Below are positions 1 through 18,004 of a stretch of 64,000 nucleotides of DNA, piece by piece. Every line of letters starts with the position of its first letter. The first letter of the stretch is position 1. The translations under genes and the position numbers were made by a program. Under the pieces are notes generated by a model. It ran no database searches, was not told where the DNA came from, and saw only the letters and a program-made list of their open reading frames with translations. Origin of the DNA: the human T2T-CHM13v2.0 reference genome, Homo sapiens; assembly GCF_009914755.1 (NCBI RefSeq), contig NC_060934.1. One strand, 5' to 3'.

Positions 1-149
1 CGATTCTCCTTGGCCCCTCAGCCTGCGCCTGAGAGGTAAGAGAGGGCGGGGGGAAGGAAGAGGAGGCGGGATCCGGGCGCTGCGTTGGCTGCGGCCTGGC
101 ACCAAAGGGGCGGCCCCGGCGGAGAGCGGACCCAGTGGCCTCGGCGATT

Positions 150-197
150 ATGGACCCGGCCGAGGCGGTGCTGCAAGAGAAGGCACTCAAGTTTATG
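150..197 (+). CDS. BTRC: BTRC coding exon 1 (beta-TrCP1, F-box/WD-repeat protein 1A N-terminus MDPAEAVLQEKALKFM), phase-0 donor
   Basis: ATG at 150 in a strong Kozak context (attATGg). The 16 codons match the recognised beta-TrCP1 N-terminus and are followed by the donor GTGAGG at 198. Confidence 0.95.
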
Positions 198-397
198 GTG
201 AGGAGACGGTGGAGGCCGGGGAACGGTGGAGGCGCTGGCGTTGGCGGCGTCGCTGGCCTGGGCCGCCCGCCCACTGCGGGACCGGGCAGCGGGACCCTGG
301 GCCGAGGCTGGCGGCGGAGCGGCTGGAGGGATGGGATGGGAGCTCCAGAAAGGAGGCTGGGGGTTGCGGAGCGGACCCAGGGGTGGGGGCAGCGGCT

Positions 398-408
398 CCG
401 CCATCTTG
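398..408 (-). promoter_or_regulatory. YY1 consensus site (CAAGATGGCGG)
   Basis: + strand ccgccatcttg inside the CpG island. Confidence 0.6.
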
Positions 409-1989
409 TGGATGAGAGGCCAAGTGACAGCGGGAGCTTAATCGAGGAGGGGGCTCCAGGCGGCGCGCGGGGCCCTGGAGGGAAAGGGGCGTGGGGACTG
501 TTACTGAAAAGCGGAGGAAGCTCTCTGGAGAAACGCCGTGAGGCCGCTGGCGGGGCCTTCCTGGTGTCAGGGTTACCGGTAAGGCCCGGGAGAGGAGGTG
601 CATTCACGACTGGGGAAGGGAGCGCGGGATAGAGTGAAGACAGATACGGTGGGTAGAGGGGAACGGGCAGGGCTGGATGCAGATGGATTTAAGGGTGGAG
701 GAGGGAACGCTAGGGCTGGTGAGAGGCTTATAGTTTTGTAGAATGAGGAGGGAGGATAGCCTTTGCCTTGAGGGTGGAATCCCAGCTTGGCCAAACTACT
801 GTTGACAAACTCTGGAAGGGAAGAGGCCTCACTAAAGAAGATAAGGACTGGGAATGAGGACCTAGGGCTATAATGACAGTCCCTGGGAGGGGAAAAGGGT
901 GTTGACTGTAAGCTAGAATTACAAATGTCAGGGAGGGGTACATAACGCTACTTTGAAAGGAGAAGCTAAATACTGTAATAAGGACAAGGTGATGAAAAGT
1001 AAGAGCAGATTGTCAGGGAAACATGGGTACAGGAGATTGGGGCAAAATGAGTATCTAATAGGGTAAGCAAAACAAAATTTAAAGGTAAATTGTGGGACGG
1101 TAAAATGTGGAGGCCAGGTGCTTTGTATCATTTTCTGGGAAAGGAAAGGCCGTGGAGATGAGAGTTGCAAAGACCCATAAGAAGTGATGAGATCAGTTGA
1201 GAAATTTAGGAGATAAAAAGGGTGGAGGTTGGTAGAGGGAAGTAAGTCAGGGATAAGTCAGGATTTGTGGTTACCCGTCAGTTTTAGGTTGAAGCACAGT
1301 GTGAGCAAAGATTGGATTTTGTGGGTGTGCTTAAACCCCTTGGAACATATTTCTTTAACTTTGTATCACGCTTTTCTTTTTGCTGTGCTTATCTTTGGCA
1401 AACTCGTATAGTCTGATATTTGATGCTTTTAATCTGATGCTTTTTGTATTTCCTAGGTGTAAAACCAGACTTTGTGGTTACAACTAAAGAATGATGGAAT
1501 GCATAGATTTTAAGCTTAACAGGTGGCCTTAGGGACATTGATATTATTTGCAGTCCAGTCTTGCTTTTTCAGAAGTTATTGTGACTTGTCACTCCAAATC
1601 TTACTCCTTTGCTTAAAAAAATAGCTATTTTGTATCTTTGCCTAAAATACCGTAACAAATCCAGATAAACATGGATACTAACAAAATTGAATTTTAGACT
1701 TTAAACTGCCCCATTTATAAGAATACTTTTTTGGAATCTAGTCAAATTCACTAAAACTTTATCTTGCATTAGTGTTTTCGAAAACACCTAATTAAAATTC
1801 AGGGGTATCATTAACAAAATTTCATTGAGCCTGAAGAAGGTTCTTGGATTTCTGCCCAACATTAAAATTCTAAATATGAAGAAGAGACCTTGAACTTTTA
1901 CTGGACTTTAGAAGTAAGTGAAAGTTACTACACTTAAGTTAGAAAACTGTTACTGCTTATTTTTGTTTTCCTACTTAGAGGGTTGACTC

Positions 1990-2266
1990 CTTTTTTTCTT
2001 CTTTTGAGATGGAGTCTTGCTTTGTCGCCCAGGCTGGAGTGCAGTGGTGCAGCCTCCGCCTCCTGGGTTCAAGCGATTCTCCTGCCTCAGCCTCCCGAGT
2101 AGCTAGAACTACAGGTGTGGGCCACCACGCCCATCTAATTTTTTATTTTTAGTAGAGTCGGGGTTTCACTATGTTGGCCAGGATGGTCTCATCTCCTGAC
2201 CTCGTGATCCGCCCACCTTGGCCTCCCAAAGTGCTGGGATTTCAGGTGTGAGCCACAGCGCCCAGC
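1990..2266 (-). mobile_element. AluS with a short right-arm deletion
   Basis: Alu consensus. TSD agagggttgactc at 1977-1989 and 2267-2279. Confidence 0.95.
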
Positions 2267-2818
2267 AGAGGGTTGACTCTTAATCCTAATCCTGACATTT
2301 GTGTCAGATTTATGGAATAATGTGATTTACAGATCATAAAGAGACATTATGAGATCATCCTTTTTACTCTCAGTTAGACTTCAGCCTAGTAACATTCTCA
2401 GCTACTTAATCTCTGCTTTGTACCAGTGAGTTATGTTTTGATAATGGCCTCCCTGGTTGAGTTAAAGTGGACTTGGAGATGACCATATAGTAGTTGCAGC
2501 TTTTAGAGCACCACACATTATTAAATCTTGAATCAGTTTCCATAGGGAGAAGCCAATTTTTTCTTTTAATTTTAGTTACTTTCATTATTGACCTTGCCTG
2601 CTGTTTTGGCTGCCATTTGAGAAAAGGTCAACTAGAAGAGGGTCACCAGAATGACACCTTAATAAAAGAAACAGAGAATGGAGAGTTTGAGATTGGGTAT
2701 TCTCTTTCAGTGCAGTAACAGTCTTATGAATCTGAGTAAGTCACAACTTCCCTTTGGTGCCATTTACCCTGCTATAACATGTCTGTTTATTCAGAGTCAG
2801 TTTTAAGAAAGGAAGATA

Positions 2819-3564
<746 letters not shown>

Positions 3565-4079
3565 CTAATGACAACTTTTATACAGATGTCATGATTTCCA
3601 TGGTTTAAACAAATGTAAAATTAGTTTAAAATGCCAGAATGAAATGGATACTCTCACAAATTTGCTCATTGCTATACTAAAGTGCCTTGATAAAGAATTT
3701 TACAATAAAATCCTGTTAATAAGACTGCTGATTCAGAGATGACCATAATTCACACGTGATCGAGACTTAAAGCTTATTGTTTTACTTGTGAAAAAAGTTT
3801 AAGCAGAATGTTTAACTTTTAAAAACAAATAAATGATATTGAAAGCAACGGTTTACATTAACTTACGTGCTAATGTCTCTCATTCAGCTTTAGCAGGTCC
3901 TCAAGGACCTTTCTTAATACTTTTTTGGTTAACAAAAGTATAAATGGAAACTTGAAGAGAACCTAAGAAGAGAAATGAAAATGATTGAGGGAATATAGAC
4001 CCCAAAACACACAAACACACACACACAAGCACGTTTAAGATAGGGGTTGAAAAGACATACTGAGGAGGAATTTGAACTT

Positions 4080-4373
4080 TATTTTTGTTTTCACCTTTGA
4101 GACAGGGTCTCACTATGTTGCCCAGGCTAGAGTGCAGTCATAGCTTGCTGCAGCCTCAAACTCCCAGGCTCACATGATCCTCCTGCCTCGGCGTCTCAAG
4201 TGGCTACAGGCACACACCACTATGCTGGCTATTTTTTTTTTCTTTTTTGTTTTTGTAGAGACAAGGGTCGCCCTTTGTTGACAGGGGTGGTTTTTGAACT
4301 CCTGGGCTCAAGGGGTCCTCCTGCCGTGGCCTCCCATTGTTGGGATTACAGGCGTGAGCCACCTTGCCAAGCC
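4080..4373 (-). mobile_element. AluJ
   Basis: Diverged Alu with J-type features (ctcaaactcccaggctca, tcctcctgcc). Confidence 0.9.
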
Positions 4374-4514
4374 ACGTTTATTTTTAAAAACAGGATAAAT
4401 ATATTCTTGTCCAGCCAATCCCAGAATCAAGTACAGTAGCTTGAAATAGATGAAATAATTTTAGAATGTATTGTTTTATTTATAGAGCTGATAGATAAAT
4501 GAAACAGTATAAAG

Positions 4515-4920
4515 GGTAAATATTTGCTGTTTAACAGACAACCTCAAAACTTAGCTTAAAAAAAACAATTATTTTTCCCCTCAAATCTGATGGTTTTTCT
4601 GCTTCACTTGGTATTGGCTGAGGTGTGGGAAAGACCTTCACTTCTCCTCTATATGGGCCTTTCTCTACCTGGCTGCTTGGATTTCCTTAAAGTGTGGTGG
4701 CAAGGTTCTAAGAAGGGACATTCCAGGAGACAGGAGGTAGAGACTGCCAGTCTTCTAAATCCTAGATTTGGAAGTCCAAGAATGTCACTGTGGGTCAAAG
4801 CCAGTCAAGGCCAACTACAGAGGGAGGAGAAATAATGTCTACCTATTGATAGGAAGGGTGGCGTGCATAAACAGGGAAGGGGGAATTGCTGGGGGCCACC
4901 TTTTGAGACTTGCTACCGTA
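4515..4920 (-). mobile_element. Old MaLR (MLT1-type) LTR relic
   Basis: Motifs cctcaaaacttag, gggcct..ctctac..ggctgcttg and ggtcaaagc resemble MLT1. Confidence 0.5.
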
Positions 4921-5394
4921 GGTGCTATGCTAGTTGGATGTTAAGGCTAAAAATAAAAATGGTATCAGCCAAGTTTGTGGGTCATAATGCTAGGAATGTT
5001 TAGGAGGCATCTCTTTTTTTGAGGTTAACTTCGGAAGGCACTAACATGATCTCCTGCGTGACTTCCCTTAATGATGTCACTGTTGACATAATACTGGGTG
5101 AATTAATGTGATTCAGTAAACTTGCTTACTTACTTCAGGAAACAGAGGTATCTAAACAGATTACATTTTAAAATAAATTGTCAGATGTTTCACTGTAATG
5201 GAATTTTCTTTACATCAGTGAAATTGATTACCAGGTAGTGGGATGAACATCTGAAACTAGTTCTTAGTTTAAGTTGTCTGAGTTTTTGTGTATACTTTAC
5301 CTATTCCCAGTTTAAATTGGCTTTCAAACAGTTTCTTTTCTGGGTACTCTTATAGGTGTTGGGGTATGAAATTAGTGGTAATTCTTTTTGCTTA

Positions 5395-7380
<1,986 letters not shown>

Positions 7381-7927
7381 AGCAATATTTTAATATAGCA
7401 CAGAAGTCCTTTCTAAATGTGTATAGTGAGAATCCATTGAGGATGAAATAGAAAATATTTACCAAAGTTTAACAACTTAGTCAATAAAAATAAAACTTTC
7501 TCTTTCCGTAATAAGTCAATCTCAGCATTCTAAAATAGGCAATGGAGCGGGGAAGAAATCTCTATGGGAAGGGTCCACTGGATCTTAACAGTTTCAACTA
7601 GTGTTCCACAATATTTCTGCTGTACTTGGGGAGAATTTCTGGATAATTAGAATAGTCTGAGGCTTATTCCTTTTAGTTTCCCATAGCCTGATTGAGATAG
7701 AGCTATAAGACCAGCTATAACATTGTACAGAAGACTCAGAGATAAACAAGTGAAAAAGATAACTGAGATTAATGTTGAACTAAGAATATGATTGTTCTCT
7801 GAGGCACTACCTGCTAGTTCCTGGATTACCTTTATATGTGGCCAAGGTGGGGATTGGGAAGCAAGGGAGCAAAAGCCCTAGAGCTAAGGGAGAGAGAATT
7901 TCTGCCTGCCTAAGATGAACCTTCTGA

Positions 7928-8670
<743 letters not shown>

Positions 8671-8726
8671 AGAAGAAATTTTTTGTGTTTTGTTAATACA
8701 GTCAGCCACGAATAGCTAACAGCTAA

Positions 8727-9047
8727 CAGCTGGTCCCTCATATTTGTGGGTTCCATATCTGCTAATTCAACCATTGATTGAAAATATTCAGAAAAAGAGA
8801 CCACAATAAAAAATAACAATATAACAATAAAAGTGGGAATTAAAAACAATACGTATAACAACTACTTACATAACATTTACATTGCATTATTATATGTAAT
8901 CTAGAGATGATTTGAAATATATGGGAGGATGTGTGTAGGTTATGTGCCGTTTAAGGCACTATAAGAGACTTTTGAGTATCTGTGGATTTTGGTATCCGAT
9001 GGGAGGATCCTGGAACCAGTTCCCTGCAGCTATGGAGGTTTGACTAT
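8727..9047. mobile_element. MER2 (TcMar-Tigger) DNA transposon relic
   Basis: Motifs gtgggttccatatc, taatctagagatgattt, gggaggatgtgtgtaggttat and cctggaaccagt. Confidence 0.75.
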
Positions 9048-9049
9048 AA

Positions 9050-9290
9050 TTATTTAGCATGTACTATTTGCTGTTCTAAATATACTGTTCTAAGCTCTTT
9101 ATATATATTATTTCATTTAATCCTCCCAGTAATCCTGTGAGATAGATTCAGTATTATTATTATCCCCATTTCTCATTTAAGGAAAATTATTCCAGAGAGG
9201 TTAAGTAACTTGCTCAAAGTCATGCTAGCAGGTATCCTGAGATTAAATCCAGGCAGTCTGACTTGAGAGCCTTACTTACGTGCAGTATAC
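9050..9290. mobile_element. MIR SINE
   Basis: tcatttaatcctc, attatccccattt, agagaggttaagtaacttgctcaaagtca. Confidence 0.75.
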
Positions 9291-9342
9291 TTCCTCTTTG
9301 AAGAGCAGGAAAACTGTGGGATATGGTGGCATGTTTCCTTAA

Positions 9343-9657
<315 letters not shown>

Positions 9658-10780
9658 TAACTGAAGAGCTCTTTAGCAGCTTTGTAGAAGAAAGCTTCAT
9701 ATTAGATCTTGATGAATAGATAGATTTTGACAAATATCTCTCTGAGGTAGGCAGTCAAGCGGTGGCCAGAGTGGAAGAATTACTGTCCAGATTTACATAT
9801 AGGTTTCCTGATTATTTAAATTACCGATGAAGTGCAGTAAGACTCTACTGTTGTCACAGTATCATTTCAGTTAGCTATTGGCGTTTAGAATCACAAAATA
9901 CCAGCATCTTACAGTGATAGGTATTTATTCTCTTGAAATTGTGGGTTTGCTGGGTAGTGGATGATCTAAACTTGGCTTACTCAAAGTCAAAAGCCCAAAG
10001 TCAAGCAGGGCAGGGAGTAACTTGCACAATACTATAGTGACAGTAATCTACTGCAGTGATCTAGTACAGTTGATTTAGAGAAGAATGGTAAGATGCTTAT
10101 GACAACTATTGTGCTTTCTTCTTTCTGCTCTCTATTGTTGACACTCTCCTGATAGCACTTTTTCATTTTGGTTGCTGAATAATACCTGTTGATTGGATAC
10201 TCCTAGAATCATAATGTAATACAGCAGATTTCTTCTCTTCATGTTATGTAGAAAAAAAGCATAAAGAAATAATCAGAATCTTGACTATTCCACAGTGATG
10301 CCCTGAAAAGTTCAGCAATATCATGGTGCTATTCTTCTATCTTTGGGACTGATAAGCTTGATGTCACTGGAATGGCATTTGTAACAGAATTTGAACTGTA
10401 ACAGAGTTTACATCAAGGTCATACATAATAACCCAACAACTCCTTTGTTAACAGTTTTAACAGCTTTTCCATCTCTTCGCTGCACCTAAACTTAAGGTTG
10501 CAAAGATCAGGTGCTGATATATTTAGATGTCTGGAAAACTTTCATGCTTTCACTGAAAAGTCATAGAGACAGATATCCAGGAATTATAGCATGTGGATAA
10601 ATATTTTTGTAGCACAGATTCATAAATCCTTGTATGCAGGAAGTACTACACCAAACTGTTAATGTGGTTATTTGTGAGTTGCTGAATTATGGGTAATATT
10701 TCAAAATATTTAATGGTATTCTGAAAATATACTAGTAAATACACAGAAAAGCATTATTTAGGTGATATTTCTTTTAATTC

Positions 10781-10996
10781 TTTTTTTTTTTTTTTGTATC
10801 CCCGGAGCAAGTGCACCGTTCCTGGAGGTACTGCAATACCAGGTCGATGCATGGAGTGGACGGAGCAAGCTCCTATTCCATCTCCCTGCTCCAAAAATCT
10901 ATTTAATATATTGTCCTCAGATAGAGGACATATCAGATACTAAACTGATGAGAACAGATACTACACTTGATCTTAGCCAAAAGGCCGAGAAGTGAT
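10781..10996 (-). pseudogene. RNU2-59P: U2 snRNA processed pseudogene: full length, with 3' extension and poly(A). Probably RNU2-59P (symbol from memory)
   Basis: Reverse complement reads ATCACTTCTCGGCCTTTTGGCTAAGATCAAGTGTAGTATCTG...CAGGAACGGTGCAC, about 7 substitutions from U2. A15 tail. TSD tttaattctttt at 10773-10784 and 10997-11008. Confidence 0.93.
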
Positions 10997-11009
10997 TTTA
11001 ATTCTTTTT

Positions 11010-11738
<729 letters not shown>

Positions 11739-12726
11739 TCTTTCAATTCTTTTATGTTTTACGGATTTTCTACAGTGAATATATATCATAATCGGAAAAA
11801 GTAAAATTTAGTATATTGAGTATATGCATTTATAAAACAAAATGATCATGGACTACATTGTAGCAAGTGTACTGGCCAGTGGGCTGACAGTGGCTGCTTA
11901 AACGACTCCTTACTCTGAGCTCCAGTTTTCTTAACCAGAAAATCAGCTATTGTTAATTTTACCTACTTAGGGTCTCTCTCTATTTTTCCTTTCAGTTCAT
12001 GTTAATTTCTAAATTGCCATGTATAAGTAAGGGGTTGTCAATTTACACCATAAAACCCCTTTATGTATCCAAGGTTTTCATAGGAAATTTAGGACTGTAT
12101 GATCCTAAATTGTGCTGGAGTACCACATTTTCTGTTAAGTAGTACTTGGCAATAAAGTATAGGAAAAAAAAATCAGTGGGTTGACAAAGAGAGGTCATGA
12201 TAGTGTACCTGTAATGTAATTTGATAAAAAATGTGAGCCTGAACTGATTGCAAAGCATTGTTACATATAGGGGAAGACATTATGGGGGCAGAGGGGGGTG
12301 AAGATACAAAGTTGAATAAAACTTCTCTAGAGCTTCACAATCTAATAAGATAGGCATTTATAAATATCTCTTAAGGCGCACTTTGTTAAGTGCTAAAATA
12401 GTGGCACAAAGAGCTATAGAATTTAAGAGAGGCGACAGGAAAAAAAAGTAAATTGAGTTAAAGGAAGGAGAAATTAGTTTTAATGAGAGATTTTTTAGAA
12501 GCTTTAAAGAAGAAAGTTTTGTATTGGACCTTGAAGAGTAGATAGATTTTGACAGACTTGTGTCTGAGGTGGGCAATTCCAAGAATAGGAAGTAACTTGG
12601 GTAAAGGCCAGGAGATCAGAAGTTGGGCAGGTGCAGTGAGTTATAGGTGGGTAGATAGATATAATTTGAGTATAGCAGATAAGGAAAATATAAATTGGAG
12701 GCCCAGGGAGTTTGGACTTAATCTAG

Positions 12727-13146
12727 TTATATATATATATATATTTTTATATTTATATATATATTTATATATATTAATATATATTTATATATATATTTAT
12801 GTATATTAATATATATTTATATATATTTATGTATATTAATATATATTAATATATATTAATATATATTTATATATATTTATATACAAATATATATTTATAT
12901 ATATTAATATATATTTATATATATATTTATATATAAATATATATTTATATATATTAATATATATTAATATATATTTTTATATATTTATATATTTATATAT
13001 ATTAATATATATTTTTATATATTTATATATATATTTATATATATTTATATATTTATATATTTTTATATATATTTATATATATATTTATATTTATATATTT
13101 ATATATATAAATATATATATATAAATATAAATATATATATATATAT
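12727..13146. repeat. ~420-bp degenerate (TA)n / AT-only low-complexity tract
   Basis: Almost exclusively A/T (units atatat, atatttat, atattaat). It adjoins the tail of the Alu at 13147. Confidence 0.97.
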
Positions 13147-13437
<291 letters not shown>

Positions 13438-14069
13438 AGGTCTATATTTAAGAAGAATGTTCTAGTGTACTTTATGTATGTGTTAATGTGAGCTTTTTTA
13501 CTAAAGTAAAATATATATACAAATAGTTACATATTTTTAATATGTACAAATAATTATATATAGCTCAGTGAGTTTTTACCTAGTGAACACATCTTCGTAA
13601 CCATTATCTAGATCAGGAATAGAACTTTGCCAGCACTCCACAAGTTGCCTTCATGCTCCCTTTAGTTACTAACTCCCTAATCCCAAGGGAAACCACTCTC
13701 TTATAATATCTGTAGATTAGTTTTACTGTTATTGGTATGTAAGCTCATCTAAATGGAATCATTCCAGGGTGTATTCTTTGGTGACTGGTATCTTTTGTCC
13801 CACATTGTTCGTAAGATGATTCATTCAGGTTGTTGTGGGAGGTGTGGTGTGTTTATTCTTGTTAATGTATTCCACTGTGATTAATCATTCAGATTAGTCA
13901 TTCTATTTTTGATGGACACTTGGGTTATTTCCAGTTTTGGGCTACTTTAAATTGTGCTATTATAAATAATCTTGTACAGTTTTTCCTTAAACATATGTAC
14001 ATATTTCTGTTGGGTAGGTACCTGAGAATGGAATCGCTGGGTCACAGGGTATGAAAATGTTTAGCTTTA

Positions 14070-14500
14070 TGCTATGGTTTGAATATAGCTTGTTTGGCCC
14101 TGCCAAGTCTCATGTTGAAATTTGATCTCCAGTGTTGGAGGTGGGGCCTGGTGGGAGGTGTTTGGATTATGGAGGTGCGTTCCTCATGAAGGGCTTGGTG
14201 CCATCCTTTTGGAAATAAGTGAGTTCTCGCTCCATTAGTTCCTGCCAGAGTTGGTAGTTTAAGAGTCTGGCACCTCCCTTTTCTCTCTTTTGGTTTCTCT
14301 CTTGGCGTGTGATTTCTGCACATGCAGCTCCTCTTCGCCCTCCACCGTGAGTGGAAGCCGCTTGAGACTCTTACCAGGAGCAGATGCTAGCACCATGCTT
14401 CTTGTACAGCCTGCAGAACTGTGAGCCAAATAAACCTTTTTTTATTATGAATTACCCACCCTCAGGTATTCCATTATAGCAACGTAAATGGACTAAGACA
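14070..14500 (+). mobile_element. MST-family (ERVL-MaLR) solo LTR
   Basis: Starts tgctatggtttg, ends ggactaagaca. Internal ggaggtggggcctggtgggagg and AATAAA. Perfect 5-bp TSD cttta. Confidence 0.9.
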
Positions 14501-14523
14501 CTTTAGTAGAACCTATGCAACTG

Positions 14524-15420
14524 TTTTTCTTTTTTTTTTTTTTTTTTTTTAGAGACAGGGTCTCACTCTGTTGCCCAGGCCGGAGTGCAGTGGCATGATC
14601 ATGGGTCACTGCACCCTTGAACTCCTGGGTTCAAGCTGTCTTCCCATTTTAGCCTCCTGAGTAACTAGGACTACAGGCATGTGCCACCACAGTCAGCCAG
14701 TGTTTTTCATTTTATACTTTCTTTAGCAGTGTATGGGAGTCCCAGTTGCTGAACATTCTTGCAGTGCTCACTTAATATCGTCTTTTTTGAGGCCGGGTAT
14801 AGTGGCTCATGCCTGTAATCCCAGCACTTTGGGAGGCTGGGGCAGGTAGATCGCTTGAGGCCAGGAGTTCGAGTCTAGCCTGGCTAACGTGGTGAAACCT
14901 CGCTTCTACTAAAGGTACAAAAGTTAGCTGGATGTGGTGGCAGGCACCTGTAATCCCAGCTACTCAGGAGGCTGACGCACGAGAATCGCTTGAACCTGGG
15001 AGGCGGAGGTTGCAGTGAGCTGAGATGGTACTACTGGACTCCAGCTTTGGCGACAGAGCGAGACTCCATCTTAAATAATAATAATAATAACATCGTCTTT
15101 TTCGTTGTTGCCACTGTAGTGGATGATGGTACTATCCCACCGTTTTAATTTGTGTTTCCTTAATGACTACTGTAAACAAGCACCTTTTTAGGTTTGTTGA
15201 CTGTTTAGACATAGTCTTTTGTTGAAGTGTTTATTCAAGTCTTGGCCTTTTTTCCCCTATTGGAGTATTATTATTTTTTTTTTTTTAAAGAGATGGGTTC
15301 TTGCCCTCTTGTCCAGGCTCTCGAGTACACTGGTGTGATCATAGCTCACTGCAGCCTCCAACTCCTGGGCTCAAACATCCTCCCACCTGGGCCTCCCAAA
15401 GTGCTGAGAGGCATGAGCCT
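14524..15420. mobile_element. Alu fragments: antisense AluJ arm (14524-14700), sense AluS (14790-15090), antisense FLAM (15270-15420)
   Basis: Alu consensus motifs. Confidence 0.85.
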
Positions 15421-16174
15421 CATTATTTTTTGTGTGCCAGGACTCCTTATTTATTTTGATGCTTGAATTGTTCCCTATTTGGCCAGTGGGAAGTGCATTC
15501 AAACTGCTTCCTCTGTTTTTTGGTGTCATTGAGCATTTTCTTGTTTACTGAAAGATACTCCAGGCTCTTCTTATACTTTTTTTGCCCTAGCCCTGGAATT
15601 AGTGATTTCTCTGAGAAGCTCTTTTAGAAGTTTCTTTTAGTAGAGAATGACATGTAGAAGTCCAGATCTGGGTGTTAAGCGTGCTCATTGCTATTGGGGT
15701 GTCACTGCTCACAAGCCATCATACTGGACACACCACACACACAGGTGCACATTGCACATTTACGTTGTTATTTTATCTTACATATTATTTAAAACCATGA
15801 GTTCACACTGATATCCCCAATTCCAGTCTAATACCACAGGGTTCGTTCGATAATTTCATAATTGTAACTCCATTTTCTGACAGTGAGTAACTTGGCTTTC
15901 ATTATCCTCAAAATATTTTCTTAGTCAATCAGCCCCTTTCTATGTGACCACTCTCATGTTGCTGCTGTTCCCCACACCCACTATATAGATGCCGTCCTTG
16001 ACTTACTTAGGCTCCAAAACCCCATGTCAGATTGCTGGCCTACACCCTTCCATGAACACCCTTGTCCGATACCTGTGCTAGATTGCTTTTCACATCACAT
16101 TTGGACTTCAACACTCTGTGCAGGGCTGCCATGTTACCTGCCATATTTCTGTATGGACATATCCCTTATCCTGT

Positions 16175-17529
<1,355 letters not shown>

Positions 17530-17883
17530 TCTATTTTTTTTCCTATGAATTTGATTCCTCTAGATACCTCATTTAAGTAGAATCATACAGTGTTTGCCTT
17601 TTTGTGACTAGCTTATTTTACTTGATGTCCTCAGGTTTCATCCATGTTCTTCCTTTTTTAAGGCTGAATAACATTTAATTGTATGTATATACCACATTTT
17701 ATTTGTTGTCAATGGACACTTGGGAAGCTTGTACGTTTTGACCTTTGTGAATAATGCTGCTATTTGTATATGTTACAAGTACCTCTTCAAGTCCGTGAGA
17801 AGTTTTATTTACCATTTGCATTTAGCTCTGCAATCCATCTGGAATTAATTTTTGCATATGGTGTGAGGTAGACGTCAGCATTC

Positions 17884-18004
17884 TTTTTTTTTTTCTTTCT
17901 CCATGCCAGACAGGTAATGTGCCTATGTAACAAGGTTTGAGGGAGGCACACCTCACACATGAGGCTGAAAACCCAATCGTCATGCTTACAAACTACAAAA
18001 GGAT
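17884..18004 (-). pseudogene. U13 (SNORD13) snoRNA processed pseudogene
   Basis: Reverse complement ATCCTTTTGTAGTTTGTAAGCATGACGATTGGGTTTTCAG...AACCTTGTTAC...GGCACATTACCTGTCTGGC matches U13. A-rich tail. TSD cag(c/a)attctttttt at 17876 and 18005. Confidence 0.88.

Larger units (their letters stand above)
1..700 (+). promoter_or_regulatory. BTRC: CpG island / GC-rich TATA-less promoter and 5'UTR of BTRC
   Basis: Very high GC and CpG density that falls away after ~700. GC boxes (gggcgggg at ~44-51, ggggcgg at ~107-113) lie directly upstream of the ATG at 150. Confidence 0.9.

Noticed and set aside
135-632. 165-aa ORF starting at GTG 135 and reading through the donor
   Set aside because: Only codons 150-197 match beta-TrCP1. 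The rest is GC-rich intron. The upstream GTG has a weak -3 context while the ATG has a strong one.
1435-1530. Possible cryptic exon or recursive site (tttcctag|gtgtaa ... cag|gtggcc)
   Set aside because: Weak donor sequences. Such motifs are expected by chance in 64 kb.
10762-10995. 77-aa ORF
   Set aside because: Chance reading frame on the antisense strand of the U2 pseudogene.
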